Shown piece after piece: positions 9,470 through 19,960 of a stretch of 32,000 nucleotides of DNA; within the stretch, counting starts at the first letter, position 1; every line of letters starts with the position of its first letter. Both the position numbers and the translations under genes were made by a program. This DNA is from an uncultured Actinomycetes bacterium (GTDB lineage: Bacteria; Actinomycetota; Actinomycetes; S36-B12; CAIYMF01): positions 1,230,001 to 1,262,000 of the forward strand of contig CAWJMG010000003.1 of the NCBI GenBank assembly GCA_963843975.1. Direction: 5' to 3'. The notes beneath the pieces are model-generated. The model was not told where the DNA came from. It searched no databases and was given only the letters and a program-made list of their open reading frames with translations.

Positions 9470-9543
9470 TGGGCGCAGAGGGACTCGAACCCCCGACCCC
9501 CTCCTTGTAAGGGAGGTGCTCTAACCAGCTGAGCTATGCGCCC
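9470..9543 (-). tRNA. tRNA-Val (anticodon UAC)
   Basis: Hand-folded cloverleaf from the minus strand: GGGCGCA/TGCGCCC acceptor stem, GCTC...GAGC D-arm, CCTCC-CTTACAA-GGAGG anticodon arm (TAC), GGGGG-TTCGAGT-CCCTC T-arm, discriminator A. No encoded CCA. Confidence 0.9.
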
Positions 9544-9740
9544 GGATGCCGGCGACGTGCGCCGATCCGACGGGCGAGGGTACCGAAGCGGGCGCGGCAG
9601 GAGGAAACCCGACGACGCCCCCAGGACGCGGGACAGCCGCACCGGCGGGTTCTCGGGCCACCTCCGGTGCGGCTGCCGAGACAGATCCTGCGGCCGGTCG
9701 GGCCGCTCCGCATCTCGAGACCGGACGATGTCCGAGCCGA

Positions 9741-10067
9741 TCAGCCGCGGCCGAGCAGCCGGTCGAGCGCTGCGGCCACGTCGGACGCCAGCTCCTCGCG
9801 CGCTGTGCCGCTGTCACGGGCGCTGTCCGTAGCCCCGGCAGCGACCGAGGCCCCCACGTGCCCGCACTGCCGGCACGTGACGTCGCCGAGCCGCTTCACG
9901 AGCGACGTCGAGCCGCAGGACGCGCACCGGTCGAGAGCGTCGGCCCAGCCGTCGGTCTGGCAGTCGGGGCAGACCAGCACCTGCTCCCCCGCCACGACCG
10001 CACGACGCCAGGTCGACGGACCGGAGTCCGGGTCGACCTGGCGACGTCCGCAGCGGAGGCAGCCCAT
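9741..10067 (-). CDS. small double zinc-ribbon protein (four CxxC pairs), conserved hypothetical
   Basis: 108-aa ORF starting at ATG 10067, 36 nt downstream of the peroxiredoxin gene on the same strand. CxxC at residues 3, 33, 48 and 65. High GC3. Confidence 0.6.
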   Translation of the reverse strand: MGCLRCGRRQVDPDSGPSTWRRAVVAGEQVLVCPDCQTDGWADALDRCASCGSTSLVKRLGDVTCRQCGHVGASVAAGATDSARDSGTAREELASDVAAALDRLLGRG

Positions 10068-10103
10068 GGCACCGATGGTGCCACCGGGCGTCGGTGGCGA
10101 TGG

Positions 10104-10568
10104 TCAGGCGGCGAGCGACGCGAGGGCGTCGCGGTAGTCCTGGGTGCGACGCGCGTCGCCCGGGCCGTTCACGACCGACCAGCGCACGATGCCGGCCTTG
10201 TCGATGATGAACGTCGCCCGGAGCGGGAAGCCGCCGGGCTCGAAGAAGACGCCGTACTCCTGGGTCACGGCACCGTGCGGCCAGAAGTCGCTGAGCAGCT
10301 GGAACTCGTAGCCCTCCTGCTCGGCGAACACCTTGAGCGTGGCCGTCGTGTCGCAGGAGATGCCGAGGACGACGGTGTCGTCGTTCTCGAACACCGACCG
10401 CTCGTCGCGGATCTCGCACAGCTCACCGGTGCAGGTGGCCGTGAACGCCTTCGGGTAGAAGACGACCACGACCGTCTTCTCGCCGCGGAACGACGAGAGA
10501 CACACCGGGGTGCCGAACTGGTTCTTGAGCTCGAAGTCGGGGGCCTCCTGGCCCACCTCGACCGACAT
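10104..10568 (-). CDS. ahpE: peroxiredoxin (AhpE-like 1-Cys/atypical Prx)
   Basis: ATG at 10568 preceded by AGGAAGG. Prx signature FYPKAFTATCTGELC. About 154 aa. Synteny with M. tuberculosis ahpE near aceE. Confidence 0.85.
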   Translation of the reverse strand: MSVEVGQEAPDFELKNQFGTPVCLSSFRGEKTVVVVFYPKAFTATCTGELCEIRDERSVFENDDTVVLGISCDTTATLKVFAEQEGYEFQLLSDFWPHGAVTQEYGVFFEPGGFPLRATFIIDKAGIVRWSVVNGPGDARRTQDYRDALASLAA

Positions 10569-10627
10569 GCGGATGCCCTTCCTGGCCCTGGGCCGCGGAA
10601 GCGTCCCCACCACGGCAGGATTCGATC

Positions 10628-11557
10628 GTGGCACAGCTCCCCGACTCCCTCATCCCGAGCCCCGGCGACCGCGGGCTCGGCACCACCGACCGCGACGTTC
10701 TCGCGGCGTCGGTGGCGCGCGCGTGGACGCTGTTCGCCGACATGGTCGAGCCGCTCGACCTCGACGCGGTCACGCGCGCGAAGGGGCTGACCGCGCGCGA
10801 GGTGATCACCCCGCTCGGCGCGTGGGACGACAACCGGCCGCTGCCGCAGCTCGTGGCCGAGGCCCGGCGCGGCGTCACCGGCGACCACGACCAGGCAGCG
10901 CTCGTCGACGCCGTCCGCGAGGCCCACCGGCACGAGTCCGTGGACGCGGTGAAGGCGGCCGTGCGTTCGCAGGGCGCCCAGATGTCGGAGTGGCTCCAGT
11001 CGCCCGAGTCGTACGCCGAGGGGCATCTGCCCGTCGCGTCGATGCTCGGCACGCTGCCCCTGCTCACGTTCCTGCACGCCTCGACGTACCCGCTCGCCAC
11101 GTCGGCGCTGGACCTCGAGCAGGCCGGCGCCCTCGTTCCGGACGAGCTGCTCGAGTTGGGTCTGGTCGGAGTCCTGGACACGATCGGCGCGCTCGCCGCG
11201 CGCCAGGGCCTGCGGGCCTCGCTGGTCGCCGTGACGCCGGGATTCGTGGCCGGGGTCGGTGCGATCCCTGGCTCGTGGCGCACGGCAGAGCTCGACCCGG
11301 CCGACGCAGACCGGCTCGGGCCGCGGGTGGAGGGCTCGGTGCGGATGCTGCTCGACATGACGGCGAGCCGCGCCGACGTGCCGCGCGCGATGGCCGGCAA
11401 GCAGCTCGTGCTGCACGACGTGCCGGGGCTGATGGCGCTGGCGCCGCTCGTCGAGCAGGTGCCGGGGATCCCGGGCGGCGCAGCGCTCTCCGCGAGCATG
11501 CGCGCCGTGTCGGCGGTCGGGTCGCTGCTGCGCCGGCTGCCGTTCGGTCGAGGCTGA
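10628..11557 (+). CDS. conserved actinobacterial hypothetical protein (possible DinB/MDMPI-like N-terminal domain)
   Basis: 309-aa ORF with GTG start and high GC3, divergent from ahpE. The function call is weak and rests only on a vague N-terminal resemblance to mycothiol-dependent isomerase-type domains. Confidence 0.55.
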   Translation: MAQLPDSLIPSPGDRGLGTTDRDVLAASVARAWTLFADMVEPLDLDAVTRAKGLTAREVITPLGAWDDNRPLPQLVAEARRGVTGDHDQAALVDAVREAHRHESVDAVKAAVRSQGAQMSEWLQSPESYAEGHLPVASMLGTLPLLTFLHASTYPLATSALDLEQAGALVPDELLELGLVGVLDTIGALAARQGLRASLVAVTPGFVAGVGAIPGSWRTAELDPADADRLGPRVEGSVRMLLDMTASRADVPRAMAGKQLVLHDVPGLMALAPLVEQVPGIPGGAALSASMRAVSAVGSLLRRLPFGRG

Positions 11558-11989
11558 CTAGCGGCGCGAGGCCTTGGGGGCGACGAGACGGGTGCCCTGC
11601 CACTCGCGCGAGGCCGAGAGGGTGCTCGTGGCCTGGAGGCCGGCCGTGGGCGCGGCGTCGGAGATGTCGCTCGCCTCGACATGGCCGTCGCGGCCGGGCT
11701 TCGGCGTCAGGAGCCAGATGACGCCCTGGTCGGCGAGGATCGCGATGGCGTCCACGAGGGCGTCGACGAGATCGCCGTCGTCCTCGCGCCACCACAGCAG
11801 CACCACGTCGACGACGTCGTCGTAGTCCTCGTCCACGAGCTCTGCGCCCGTGGCGGTCGCGATCGCTGCACGGAGGTCGTCGTCGACGTCGTCGTCGTAG
11901 CCGATCTCCTGCACGACCTGGCCGGAGGCGATCCCGAACCGAGCCGCCAGGCTCTTCTGGGCCCCCGCGCCGTCCGCCGTCGCGGTCAC
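11558..11989 (-). CDS. DUF3052 family protein (Rv2239c-like)
   Basis: GTG at 11989 preceded by GGAGGA (11995-12000). 143 aa, acidic, with LAARFGIASGQVVQEIGYDDDVDDDLR... typical of DUF3052. Conserved neighbour of aceE. The ORF-track start at 12469 is far upstream and non-coding-like. Confidence 0.75.
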   Translation of the reverse strand: MTATADGAGAQKSLAARFGIASGQVVQEIGYDDDVDDDLRAAIATATGAELVDEDYDDVVDVVLLWWREDDGDLVDALVDAIAILADQGVIWLLTPKPGRDGHVEASDISDAAPTAGLQATSTLSASREWQGTRLVAPKASRR

Positions 11990-12338
11990 GACTGTCCTCC
12001 GCTTCCTGTGGTCCTGCCGTCGCACGGGTGCTGGTCGCCCCGTGTGGGGACAGTCCACCGGACCGCGCGCCACGCACGCAAGCACCACGGCCACGACCGC
12101 GCCGCGCGTCGTCGCTGGTGAGGGCCCCGGACGACCCCCGAGACGGCCCCGGAACGACGCTCCGCGAGTGCCGCGCTGCGGTGACCCGCGGGTAACCGGC
12201 AGGATGGTGCCTGCGTCTCCCCGCAACCCGGGGGTCACGGCGCAGCACGCACGGACGCCGGTCCCCCTCCACCGAGGCCGGTCGCCCGACCTCGAGGGCA
12301 ACGGCGCCCCCGCCCGCACTTCCTTGCAACCCGAGGAG

Positions 12339-15109
<2,771 letters not shown>

Positions 15110-15128
15110 GCGCCCAGGTCACGACAGC

Positions 15129-15163
15129 ACGAAGGGCTCCTCCGTCACGGAGGAGCCCTTCGT
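15129..15163. terminator. bidirectional terminator-like hairpin between convergent aceE and pirin genes
   Basis: acgaagggctcctccg (15129-15144) pairs perfectly with cggaggagcccttcgt (15148-15163), with a 3-nt loop. Confidence 0.65.
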
Positions 15164-15184
15164 CGTCGGGCCTCAGCCCAGTGT

Positions 15185-15965
15185 TCAGCCCAGGGTCGCG
15201 TGCATCTCCCAGACCAGGACTTCGGCAGGGCCGCCGACCGCGGTCACGCGCTGACCCTCGGACACCGTGATGCGGGCGGTGTCACCGGTCTCGAGCGTGC
15301 CCGCACCCTCGAGCTCGACCGAGCCGCGCGCGACGAACAGGTGGACGAACGGCGCCGCCGGGAAGCTCGACGCTGCCGCCGTCGGCGATGCGCGAGGCGA
15401 GGAGGCCGGCGTACTTGTTCTGGATCCGGATCGCGCGGTCGTCCGCGTGCTTGGCCATGCCCGAGGCCACCGTGACGAGGCCGCCTGCCTCGAGCTCGGT
15501 GGTGATGTCGAGCTGCTCGTAGCCGGGCGCGAGGCGCGGGGTGTCCGGCACGACCCACATCTGGATGAAGTGCACGGGGTCCGTGTGGGTGTCGCCGCCG
15601 GTGAGCCGCCAGGAGTCGTTCTTCTCCGAGTGCAGGATCCCGGTGCCGGCGCTCATGCGCTGGGCGAGGCCGGGCGCGATGACGCCGCTGTGCCCCTCGG
15701 AGTCCTGGTGCACGAGTCCGCCGTCGAGCACCCAGGTGACGATCTCCATGTCGCGGTGGGGGTGCGTCTCGAAGCCGGTGCCGGGCGCGACGACGTCGTC
15801 GTTGGAGACGAGCAGGAGGCCGAAGTGGGTGTTGGCCGCGTCGTAGTGCTGCCCGAACGAGAACGAGTGCTTGCTGTCGAGCCACCCGAGGTCGGTCGCG
15901 AAGCGGTCCGCCGAGCGGCGCAGGTCGACCGACGGCGTGAGCGAGGTGGTGGTCGGGGTGGTCAC
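15185..15965 (-). pseudogene. pirin family protein, frameshifted near its 3' end
   Basis: Pirin motifs HPHRDMEIVTWVLDG and MSAGTGILHSE. After ...SVELP the annotated frame runs into junk and a premature stop at 15282. Skipping one base at about 15350-15359 restores AAPFVHLFVARGSVELEGAGTLETGDTARITVSEGQRVTAVGGPAEVLVWEMHATLG* ending at TGA 15187-15185. The start is GTG 15965 or GTG 16001. Confidence 0.75.
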
Positions 15966-16056
15966 GGATCCTCCAACGGTGGTAGTTGATCGCTCAACCA
16001 CTTTACCGGTTGTCGTATTCCGACAGTCCGACGGCCTCGCAGCCTAGGCTGCGCCC

Positions 16057-17232
16057 GTGCCGTCAGCGAGCGGGCGCCAGCGCGCCGCCACCGTCCGCCG
16101 CCTCGAGCGCGCGACCGGCACCCTGGCGACCGCGGCCTCGGCCCGGATGGAGTCCGAGCTGCCCTGGTACGCCGCGATGTCCGCCGAGGACCGCTCCTGG
16201 GTCAACCTCGTCGCCCAGGCCGGCATCGCGGCGTTCGTGCGCTGGTTCCGCGACCCTGAGGGCGCCTCGGCCATCACCGCGGACGTCTTCGGCACCGCGC
16301 CGCAGGAGCTCGTCCGCGCGGTCTCGCTGCAGCAGACGGTCGACCTCGTGCGCACGACCATCGCCGTCGTCGAGGAGCACGTGGCGGAGATCGTCGGCCC
16401 GGACGACCTGCCGTGGGTCCGCGAGGGCATGCTCCTCTACTCCCGCGAGATCGCCTTCGCCGCGGCACAGGTGTACGCCCGTGCAGCCGAGGCGCGCGGC
16501 GCCTGGGACGCGCGGCTCGAGTCGCTCGTGCTCGACGCCCTGCTGCGCGACGACCTCGCCGACGACGTCGTCTCGCGCGGCGCCGCGCTCGGCTGGGGCT
16601 CGGTCACGGGCATCTGCGTCGTGACCGGCCACGCACCGGAGGGCGATCCGGAGACCGTGGCCGAGGGCGTGAAGCGCGCAGCCCGGCACCACCGCTACGA
16701 CGCGCTCACCGGCGTCCAGGCGCAGCGGCTCGTGGTCGTCCTGGGCGGCGTCAAGGACGCAGCCACAGCCGCCCGGGCCGTTCTCTCGCACTTCGCACCG
16801 GGCCCGGTCGTCGTCGGCCCGGTCGTGCCGCGCCTCGCCGACGCCGGACGCAGCGCGCGCGAGTCGCTCACCGCGCTCCGGGCAGCGAACGCCTGGCCCG
16901 ACGCACCCCGGCCGGTGCTCGCCGAGGACCTGCTGCCCGAGCGCGCGCTCGACGGCGACGGCGACGCGGTGGCCCGCCTCGTCACCGATGTGTACGAGCG
17001 GCTGCTGGCCGAGGACCCGACCCTGGTCGAGACGTTGTCGGCCTACCTGGAGCGCACAGGCTCGCTCGAGGGCACCGCGCGGGAGCTGTTCGTGCACCCG
17101 AACACCGTCCGGTACCGGCTGCGCCGCGTCGCCGACGTCACCGGCCTGACGCCGACGATGCCGCGTGACGCGTGGTCGCTGCGAATGGCCCTCGCCCTGG
17201 GGCGGCTCAGTGCCGACGCGGGACCCTCCTGA
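16057..17232 (+). CDS. PucR-family transcriptional regulator (FasR/MabR-like, upstream of the FAS-II operon)
   Basis: 391-aa ORF. C-terminal PucR HTH (ELFVHPNTVRYRLRRVADVTGL). Located immediately upstream of fabD, like M. tuberculosis Rv2242 and Streptomyces FasR. Confidence 0.8.
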   Translation: MPSASGRQRAATVRRLERATGTLATAASARMESELPWYAAMSAEDRSWVNLVAQAGIAAFVRWFRDPEGASAITADVFGTAPQELVRAVSLQQTVDLVRTTIAVVEEHVAEIVGPDDLPWVREGMLLYSREIAFAAAQVYARAAEARGAWDARLESLVLDALLRDDLADDVVSRGAALGWGSVTGICVVTGHAPEGDPETVAEGVKRAARHHRYDALTGVQAQRLVVVLGGVKDAATAARAVLSHFAPGPVVVGPVVPRLADAGRSARESLTALRAANAWPDAPRPVLAEDLLPERALDGDGDAVARLVTDVYERLLAEDPTLVETLSAYLERTGSLEGTARELFVHPNTVRYRLRRVADVTGLTPTMPRDAWSLRMALALGRLSADAGPS

Positions 17233-17243
17233 CCGGTACCCTG

Positions 17244-17260
17244 TTGTAGGAAACCTACAA
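17244..17260. promoter_or_regulatory. AT-rich 17-bp palindrome in the fabD promoter region (candidate operator)
   Basis: TTGTAGGaaaCCTACAA: 7-bp perfect inverted repeat with a 3-bp spacer, 12 nt after the regulator stop and about 70 nt upstream of the fabD GTG. Locally AT-rich in a 72% GC context. Confidence 0.4.
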
Positions 17261-17327
17261 AGTTCACGGGCCGGGTTTGGCCGGGCCGTGACCATCGCGT
17301 GACCAAGGCTCCGGGGAGGCTGAACTC

Positions 17328-18515
17328 GTGCTCGTCGTCGTCGCGCCCGGACAGGGCTCTCAGACCCCCGGTTTCCTCACGCCCTGGCTGGAGGTGCCCG
17401 GCTTCCAGGACCGCCTCCGCTGGCTCTCCACCGTCGCCGGCGTCGACCTCGTGAAGCACGGCACCGAGAGCGAGGCCGACACCATCCGCGACACCGCCGT
17501 GGCGCAGCCGTTGCTGGTGGGCGCCGGGCTCGTCACGCTCGTCAGCCTCTTCCCCCACCCCGCCGAGGCCTACGGCAAGGTCGGCGCGGGCGCCGGCCAC
17601 AGCGTCGGCGAGATCACCGCGGCCGTCGGCGCCGGCGTCATCACCGCCGAGCAGGCGATGGTGTTCGTCCGCGAGCGCGGCCGCGCGATGGCGTCCGCAG
17701 CCGCAGTGACCCCCACCGGCATGACGGCCGTCCTGGGCGGCGACCGCGACGAGATCCTGGCCGCGGCCGAGAAGCACGGCCTCACCGCTGCCAACGAGAA
17801 CGGCGCCGGCCAGATCGTCGTCGCGGGCACGTTCGAGCAGCTCGAGGCCTTCGCGGCCGAGCCGCCTGCCAAGGCGCGCCTGCGTCCCCTGCAGGTCGCC
17901 GGGGCCTTCCACACGCACCACATGGGCCCGGCCGTGGCCGAGCTCGCCGCGCTCGCACGGAGCATCTACGTCCACGACACGCGCCTGCGCCTCATCAGCA
18001 ACGCCGACGGCCAGGTGGTGCACAGCGGACGCGACGTCCTGACGCGCCTCGTCACCCAGGTGAGCAACCCCGTGCGCTGGGACCTCTGCATGCAGACGAT
18101 GGGCGAGATCGGCGTCACGGCGCTGCTCGAGCTCACCCCCGGCGGCACGCTCACCGGGCTGGCCAAGCGCGGCCTTCCCGGCGTCGAGACGCTCGCGCTC
18201 AACACCCCCGACGACCTTCCGGCGGCCTGGGACCTCATCGAGCGCCACGCCACCGTCGCCCCGACGTCGCAGTCGCCCACCTGGCGCCTGCTCGTCGCCC
18301 CGGCGAAGGGCACGTTCCGCCTCGGCGTCACCTCCGAGGCGGGCGACAGCCTCGTCGCGGGCGCGGCGATCGGCGCGATCGTCAACCTCCGCGACGAGCA
18401 GCCGGTCCTCGCGCCGCACGGCGGCACGGTCGTCGAGTGGCTCGTCGAGGACGGCGACCCCGTGAGCCCCGGCCAGCCCATCGTGCGCCTGCACCCCGTG
18501 GCGGGCCGCGCGTGA
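17328..18515 (+). CDS. fabD: malonyl-CoA:ACP transacylase fused to a C-terminal biotinyl/lipoyl-like (lysine-less) domain
   Basis: GTG at 17328 preceded by GGGGAGG. FabD motifs APGQGSQ and GHSVGE, with an AFHTHHM region. Residues ~318-390 (nt 18279-18500) read like a BCCP/lipoyl hybrid-barrel domain. The stop overlaps the fabH GTG. Confidence 0.85.
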   Translation: MLVVVAPGQGSQTPGFLTPWLEVPGFQDRLRWLSTVAGVDLVKHGTESEADTIRDTAVAQPLLVGAGLVTLVSLFPHPAEAYGKVGAGAGHSVGEITAAVGAGVITAEQAMVFVRERGRAMASAAAVTPTGMTAVLGGDRDEILAAAEKHGLTAANENGAGQIVVAGTFEQLEAFAAEPPAKARLRPLQVAGAFHTHHMGPAVAELAALARSIYVHDTRLRLISNADGQVVHSGRDVLTRLVTQVSNPVRWDLCMQTMGEIGVTALLELTPGGTLTGLAKRGLPGVETLALNTPDDLPAAWDLIERHATVAPTSQSPTWRLLVAPAKGTFRLGVTSEAGDSLVAGAAIGAIVNLRDEQPVLAPHGGTVVEWLVEDGDPVSPGQPIVRLHPVAGRA

Positions 18516-19516
18516 GCGCCCGCATCACCGCGGCGCCTGTGCGCGCGGGCAGCCGCATCGTCTCGACCGGTTCGTACCGGCCCGCGCGCGTGATCGACAA
18601 CGCCGAGATCTGCACCTGGATCGAGTCGTCCGACGAGTGGATCCGTGAGCGCTCAGGCATCATCGAGCGCCGCTGGGCCGCGCCGGACGAGACCGTGAGC
18701 GACATGGGCCTCGCTGCCGCGGAGAAGGCGCTCGCCGCGTCCGGCCTGGCTGCCACCGACCTGTCGATGGTGCTCGTCGCAACGGTGTCGCACCCCTACC
18801 AGACGCCCTCGGCCGCTGCCGAGATCGCCGACCGCATCGGCGCCCCCCAGGCCGCCGCGCTCGACGTCGCCGCCGCATGCGCGGGCTTCTGCTACGCGCT
18901 CGGCCTGGCCGACAACCTCATCCGCTCGGGTCAGTCCGAGCACGTCCTCGTCATCGGCGTCGAGAAGCTCTCGGACTTCGTGCGCCAGGACGACCGCGGG
19001 TCCTCGTTCATCTTCGCCGACGGCGCCGGGGCCGTCGTGGTGAGCCCGAGCGACCACGCCGGCATCGGGCCGACCGTCTGGGGCGCCGACGGCGCGCAGA
19101 AGGACGCGATCACGATGACGCAGTCGTGGACCGAGTACCGCGACGACCAGACGCAGGGCTTCCCCGCCCTCGTCATGCAGGGCCAGCAGGTCTTCCGCTG
19201 GGCCGTGGGCGAGATGGCCAAGGTCTCGCAGGAGGCCCTCGCCGCCGCCGGCGTCAGGGTCGACGACCTCGCAGCGTTCGTGCCGCACCAGGCCAACAAC
19301 CGGATCACCGACGCCATCGTGCGCCAGCTCAACCTGCCCGACCACGTGGTCGTCGCGCGCGACATCATCACGACCGGCAACACCTCGGCGGCGTCCGTCC
19401 CGCTGGCCCTGGACCGCATGCTCGAGAGCGGCCAGGTCGAGCACGGCGGGCTCGCCCTCCTCATCGGGTTCGGCGCGGGCCTCGCCTACGCCGCCCAGGT
19501 GGTGGAGATCCCCTAG
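18512..19516 (+). CDS. fabH: 3-oxoacyl-ACP synthase III
   Basis: GTG 18512 overlaps the fabD TGA (GTGA). KAS III motifs (AACAGFCYAL active-site Cys region, VPHQANNRI, GNTSAASVPLAL). 334 aa. Confidence 0.9.
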   Translation: MSARITAAPVRAGSRIVSTGSYRPARVIDNAEICTWIESSDEWIRERSGIIERRWAAPDETVSDMGLAAAEKALAASGLAATDLSMVLVATVSHPYQTPSAAAEIADRIGAPQAAALDVAAACAGFCYALGLADNLIRSGQSEHVLVIGVEKLSDFVRQDDRGSSFIFADGAGAVVVSPSDHAGIGPTVWGADGAQKDAITMTQSWTEYRDDQTQGFPALVMQGQQVFRWAVGEMAKVSQEALAAAGVRVDDLAAFVPHQANNRITDAIVRQLNLPDHVVVARDIITTGNTSAASVPLALDRMLESGQVEHGGLALLIGFGAGLAYAAQVVEIP

Positions 19517-19602
19517 TCCCCCGCTGCCTCACGGCACCGGGAGCACGACCCGCACGACCAGGAAGCACCACCCCGTCCAGCACCGAACGCAGGAGAAGCA
19601 AC

Positions 19603-19839
19603 GTGTCTCAGACCCTCGAGGGCCTCGCGGCCATCGTCAACGAGGTCGCCGGTACCCCCATCGCCGACATCACCCCCGAGAAGTCCTTCGTCGACGACCT
19701 GGACATCGACTCGCTGTCGATGGTCGAGGTCGTCATGGCGTGCGAGGACAAGTTCGGCGTCAGCATCCCCGACGGCGAGGTCAAGAACCTCAAGACCGTC
19801 GGCGACGCCGTCGCCTTCATCGACGCCAACGCCGGCTGA
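19603..19839 (+). CDS. acpP: acyl carrier protein
   Basis: GTG 19603 preceded by AGGAGAAG. 78 aa with the phosphopantetheine site DLDIDSLSMVE. Confidence 0.9.
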   Translation: MSQTLEGLAAIVNEVAGTPIADITPEKSFVDDLDIDSLSMVEVVMACEDKFGVSIPDGEVKNLKTVGDAVAFIDANAG

Positions 19840-19861
19840 TCCAGCCGCACGAGCTGACGCG

Positions 19862-19888
19862 GGCGGCGTCCCCGACCGGGACGCCGCC
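19862..19888 (+). other. intercistronic stem-loop between acpP and fabF (possible attenuator or processing signal)
   Basis: ggcggcgtccc (19862-19872) pairs with gggacgccgcc (19878-19888), with loop cgacc. No U-tract. Confidence 0.35.
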
Positions 19889-19960
19889 GGCGCAGCACCG
19901 TCCACCGCGCAGCACCAGACCCCGGTGCACCGCACAGCAACAAGCGAAGGAGCAGCGTCC

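Noticed and set aside
17043-18494. 483-aa minus-strand ORF antisense to fabD, with similar cases at 19817-21172, 20719-22611 and 24278-25714
   Set aside because: These are mirror-frame ORFs opposite genes with unmistakable fabD, fabF, accD and ferric-reductase signatures. Their composition is dominated by Arg/Gly/Asp/Ala/His, and no family motifs are present.
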